This document shows positions 59,131 to 64,000 of a stretch of DNA of 64,000 nt, piece by piece. The stretch's first letter is position 1, and every line of letters begins with the position of its first letter. The stretch is from NCBI RefSeq assembly GCF_009914755.1, contig NC_060930.1; one strand, 5' to 3'. The DNA is from the human T2T-CHM13v2.0 reference genome, Homo sapiens. The notes under the pieces were generated by a model. It had not been told where the DNA came from. It did no database searches and saw nothing but the letters and a program-made list of their open reading frames with translations. The translations under genes were made by a program, and so were the position numbers.

Positions 59131-59820
59131 TTTCCAAACCCACACAGGTTTAATGTCTTGGGGCCTGTTCTGGGTATGAAGTTACTATGGCTGCTTTTTG
59201 ATGGTATTTTGGAAATGGGTTGTGGGGTGGTGGGATGGGGAGGAAACTTGAAGTATCCAGCTGGAAATGTTCTCATTTACAAATTGCTGGAGGAGAAGCC
59301 TCAGCAACCCTTCCCAGGACTGATATATGGCTGGGAGTGTGGAGTTTGGCAGTGGATTGACACAGTTAAAGATGGATGCCTCTTTGATCAAAGGGAGACC
59401 ATTAGGGCATGTTGAGGCTGGCGGAATCGGAAAGTTGCATTATAAAGAGGGTAGTTATGCATCCCCCCTCCCAGTGCCTGTCACCCACATCTTTATGAAC
59501 ATGATTCTGCATTTGCCCAGTTGGCTGGCATAACATTCTGCTGAAGTCAGCAGTGAGGGAGATGTACGTACGTAGCTTTTTTCATCTGTGAATTGCAGAG
59601 CGTAGAAGGATGTAGTTCATTTCCATGATTCCTCTGCACGTCATTGTTTCTGACCAATGTGGACAAAATGTGAGTATTTTTCTGACAATTCCAACTTCTT
59701 TGTTATTGTGGTTCCTCCTGGCAGCCCCCGCTTTAAAGATCCTTTAGGCAAATGTTATCCTTTCTCTTCAATGGTGGCTTGCCTTCCTGTGGTGGGGGCA
59801 GCATAGCTTGAAAAGAGCTA

Positions 59821-60240
<420 letters not shown>

Positions 60241-62163
60241 CTACAGTGCCTCTCATAGGAAGCATCACAACCATTAATTACTCCTGGTGCAAGAGGACTC
60301 AGTGAAGCTAGGTTTGAGGTTGGGGTAAAAGATAAGATTTTGGACATTGCTCATTTAAGAAGTTTTTAGCTGAAAAATCTTATCATTGGCTGCTTTCATT
60401 GTTGGAGGTTTATAAGCCTGTTGCATGGATCTCTATCCTCCTCCTGTACTTGCACCCCTGCTGTTATGTTTTATTAGGATGTCGTGCAATTTATTCTCCC
60501 GTTTCTTTCACTCCTGGTTATACTTTTGATCACCCTTCCCTCTGTTTTGTAATGCCATCCAGAAAAAATGAACAGATAGTGAGGCTTTGTGAGGAACCTA
60601 CGATGGATATGTGGCTGCAGCCTTCTTTGGAGGGTTTAAGCTGCACTGAAGGAGGCTGACCTTGTGGCTTTATCATTTCCTGTCTACAGACAAGGAAAAT
60701 GGGCTTAAGCAGGAGGGATTAATGAAGGACTTAATTGAACAGGAAGTCTTTGTCTTTTAGCCCTTCAGAATTACACACAGCTTGGGTGTTTTTATCTTGA
60801 GTCCTGTTTAAGAGATTGGACTTCTTTTCTCAGGATGTTTCCGGAAACTGAGTGGGGATCAGAAATTGTCATGGAGTTAAAATGCTAAAGAAGGGGTAAC
60901 AAGCCAGCTTCATTGGATGAGGAGAAGGGCTTGTTTTGATTTCCTCATTCTTCCCAGTCTCACCCCTGGGAGTTTCTGCTACTGGCTTGGCTCAAAGCCT
61001 TAAAAACCCATAGAGTACTTTTATAATGTCACAGCAAATGCAAGCATGTTGTCTCTGGAAAGGAACTCTGAGGCACATGTGTTAAACCAGCAATGCTGTA
61101 CCTTTAGCAGAGTGTTGTTGGTTCCGTGCCTGAAACACAGATAACATACTTGACATCAAGACCCCTTGTGAATCAGAGAGAATGACTTTACCTTCTTGGA
61201 AACGTTTTGACTTGAGATGTAGTCAGAAGATATTCTTGTCCGACCCTTTGAGGGTTCATTTAAGCCGTACGCAATTAGATGAACATGTATGTCCTGCAGA
61301 TACTCACTGCTCATCTGTTGTCCACTGCCGCTGTCTACATATGTGACCTCTTTCAATTTAGTGCACATTCTTGACATCAGGTGGATTCACAGCTTGCAAC
61401 AGCGGACTGGTCCTTGGCTGATAAAAACTGGGAGGACTTTCATGTTGTACTGAGGCGAGGTGTCTGAGGTCATGGAATGGTTATTAAGATTGTAATCGAG
61501 GTAGAATATTGTGAGTTGGAAGGTTTGGGCTGACCCCTTTGCATCCTGCCTCCCAGCCCCTCAGGTCCCTCCCTTTGGTTTGATTCAGTGATGCCATTTG
61601 GTTTCTGTTTTGTGGCCTGAAATATGGTACCATGTGCAGTGTTGAATGTTGGGAAAAATTTAAGGCTGCTTAAGGGATATTCTGGGTATTGTTAGAAAGG
61701 AAGTTGATTTGCTCACCTTGCCCTGTTGCCCACTTTCCATTGGCACAGTTTCTTTGGGTTGTATTTAAATTTTTATTCCACTAATGTGTCTTCTAGAACT
61801 GTTACTACAGCCAGTGACATAGATGCTCAGACACTGTGTCTGTAATAGCTCCGGTTTTTAAGTGGGAGAATGTGCCGTTGTTTCAGCATCAGAGAGCTCA
61901 AACAGTCAGAAGGTGGAGGAGAATTAGTTTTCCTAAAGTTCATTAGCTATTAGCAGATTTTTTAAATTATGATTGTGTTTCCTTATCTTAGGCATTTTTA
62001 ACAAATGTTGTCAGAGACAATGTGTCAGTTATAGTGAATCCTTTTCTTACAGAGCAGACTTCACTCCGCATTTTTGTTGGTGATAGTTTAAGTAATGCCC
62101 CATACTTTGAAAATCACAAATGATTAAGGTCCAGGCAACTAAATAAATTTCTGTCAGAGCCCC

Positions 62164-62288
62164 AAAATGTGGGTTTTCTGATACTTATCAAAAAAGGCTA
62201 GATGTTGTGGGTTTTCTGATACTCAGAAAATGTGATAATCAGAAAATGTAGGTTTTCTGATACTCACCAAAAAAGGCTAGATGCTGTG
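62164..62288. repeat. Complex local duplication (46-bp direct repeat plus partial copies)
   Basis: 62164-62209 vs 62243-62288, 4 mismatches. Confidence 0.9.
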
Positions 62289-62898
62289 TGTTTTATCTCT
62301 AGCCATGTTTCTTGGGATCTAAAATAGCTGGATTGTATATTCCTAGATGTTTTCCATACAAGAACTTTGGGGTGTAATGAGTTGGAGGGGTGAGATGGTA
62401 TTACTAATAGCGTTGATAGACCTACTTTCTGTAAATAGTGGCTGGGTTCTTAACTGGCACCAGATTTTAGTGCAGGTCCTAAAAATTGGCTAATACTAGT
62501 GCTTGTCATAATTTAGCATTCCTTTTTTTCCCCTTAGGGGTGATCCCACAGCTGGAGTGTAAAGACTCGCTATTGCCATCTATTGGTGCATGCTGGCTAC
62601 TTCATAAGATTTGCAGTGGGTGGGGAAATTGCCTGGGATCCCTTTTCTATTTGTTACCCTTTAAATGAAGAAAATTTCTGTTAGTGAACTTACTGCATGA
62701 GAGGGAGGACATGTAAGATGCCAGAGCCCACTCTGGTCCTTCTGGGACTTAGAGGACACTCTGAGTGCCGCCTTTGTGCTTTGGTCTGTCGTGTGCTGAA
62801 TGGATGGTTAGGACCTCACCTACCGCACAACTCCATCTGGTATGATATTTCTGGTGGGAAGTTTCTGCAGCTATCTTAGAAGCATTCCACTGGATTTT

Positions 62899-63166
<268 letters not shown>

Positions 63167-64000
63167 TGGATTTTTATTTTTTAATAAGCTGTATAGCATT
63201 GTAGAATACAATTTCTTCTTATATTTCTCTTGCATTTTGAAAAAAAAAAAAGGAAGTAAAACAGGATTCTCGCCTCACAGGGTCATTCCCTTTGCCTTTC
63301 CAAACATGCCCATTGCCAGGAGAGTTCTGGCAATTTGCAGTTGGGTGTTGAGTAATCTAAAATTGAGAGACTGCTAGGGTTTTTGTTGAAATGATATTTT
63401 AAAAACTAAATAGGGAATCCCATCGAGAGATAGTAGAAAGGCAAATTAACATTTTAACTCGCTCTTCTAGGCTTTTAAAACTGAATGTACTTAGATAATT
63501 TGTTCACTCCTTGTAACTACAACAGCCTATTAGAAATTATTTTGGCCAGATCCTGGCTGGATTCTGTAGCTACTTGCATGTGTTACTCTGACTCTTACTG
63601 TCTTTATGTAGTCCCTTCTGCCTTAAGATCTATCTGCTTTTTGCTTGAGACTGTCCTGAGACCAGCAGTCTTTGACGAGAAGAGTATTTGTGGCTCTTCC
63701 CTCCTGGGCTTGGAGTTGTATCCCTCATAACAACGGGGTTATGCCGTGTGGGGATGGCGGCGCAGACAGCCTTCCATAGGTGGTAAACTATAACTGTGTC
63801 ATTTGTGACTGACAGAACAAAAGGGCTTTGTTGCCACTTTAATTGTTGATTAATGATGATCCCTCTCAAATTTGACACGGTTGCTTTCTAGAACACAAAA
63901 GAAGTCAATGTCAGATGTTTCCTTGATCATGACAGTCATGATTTTCAGGCAGTCTTGGTTCTCTGACATTTCAGGATGCCATAGAAGATTTCAAGAAACA

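Overview
Hominid (most likely human, 6p22.3) genomic DNA lying inside the JARID2 (Jumonji, PRC2.2 cofactor) gene, which is transcribed on the + strand. The window covers the 3' part of intron 2, the 142-nt coding exon 3 (31384-31525) and the 5' part of intron 3. Most of it is intronic and repeat-rich: about 30 Alu pieces, MIR/L2/old L1 fragments, a truncated L1PA, MaLR and ERV1 solo LTRs, MER DNA-transposon fossils, microsatellites and one full-length antisense SVA. Nearly all ORFs in the supplied track are spurious. Three things stand out. (1) An internal promoter and alternative first coding exon (ATG 22125, donor after 22191) sits in a 10-kb Alu-free island and splices in frame to exon 3, replacing JARID2 residues 1-60 (the H2AK119ub-reading N-terminus). 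It is bracketed by a 4-codon uORF and an in-frame stop overlapping an AATAAA just past a weak donor. (2) The SVA SINE-R region carries a dense one-directional cluster of A>G changes on its sense strand, resembling fossilised ADAR editing. (3) Several retrotransposition or repair scars are present. Repeat subfamily calls and consensus comparisons are from memory, not from a search.
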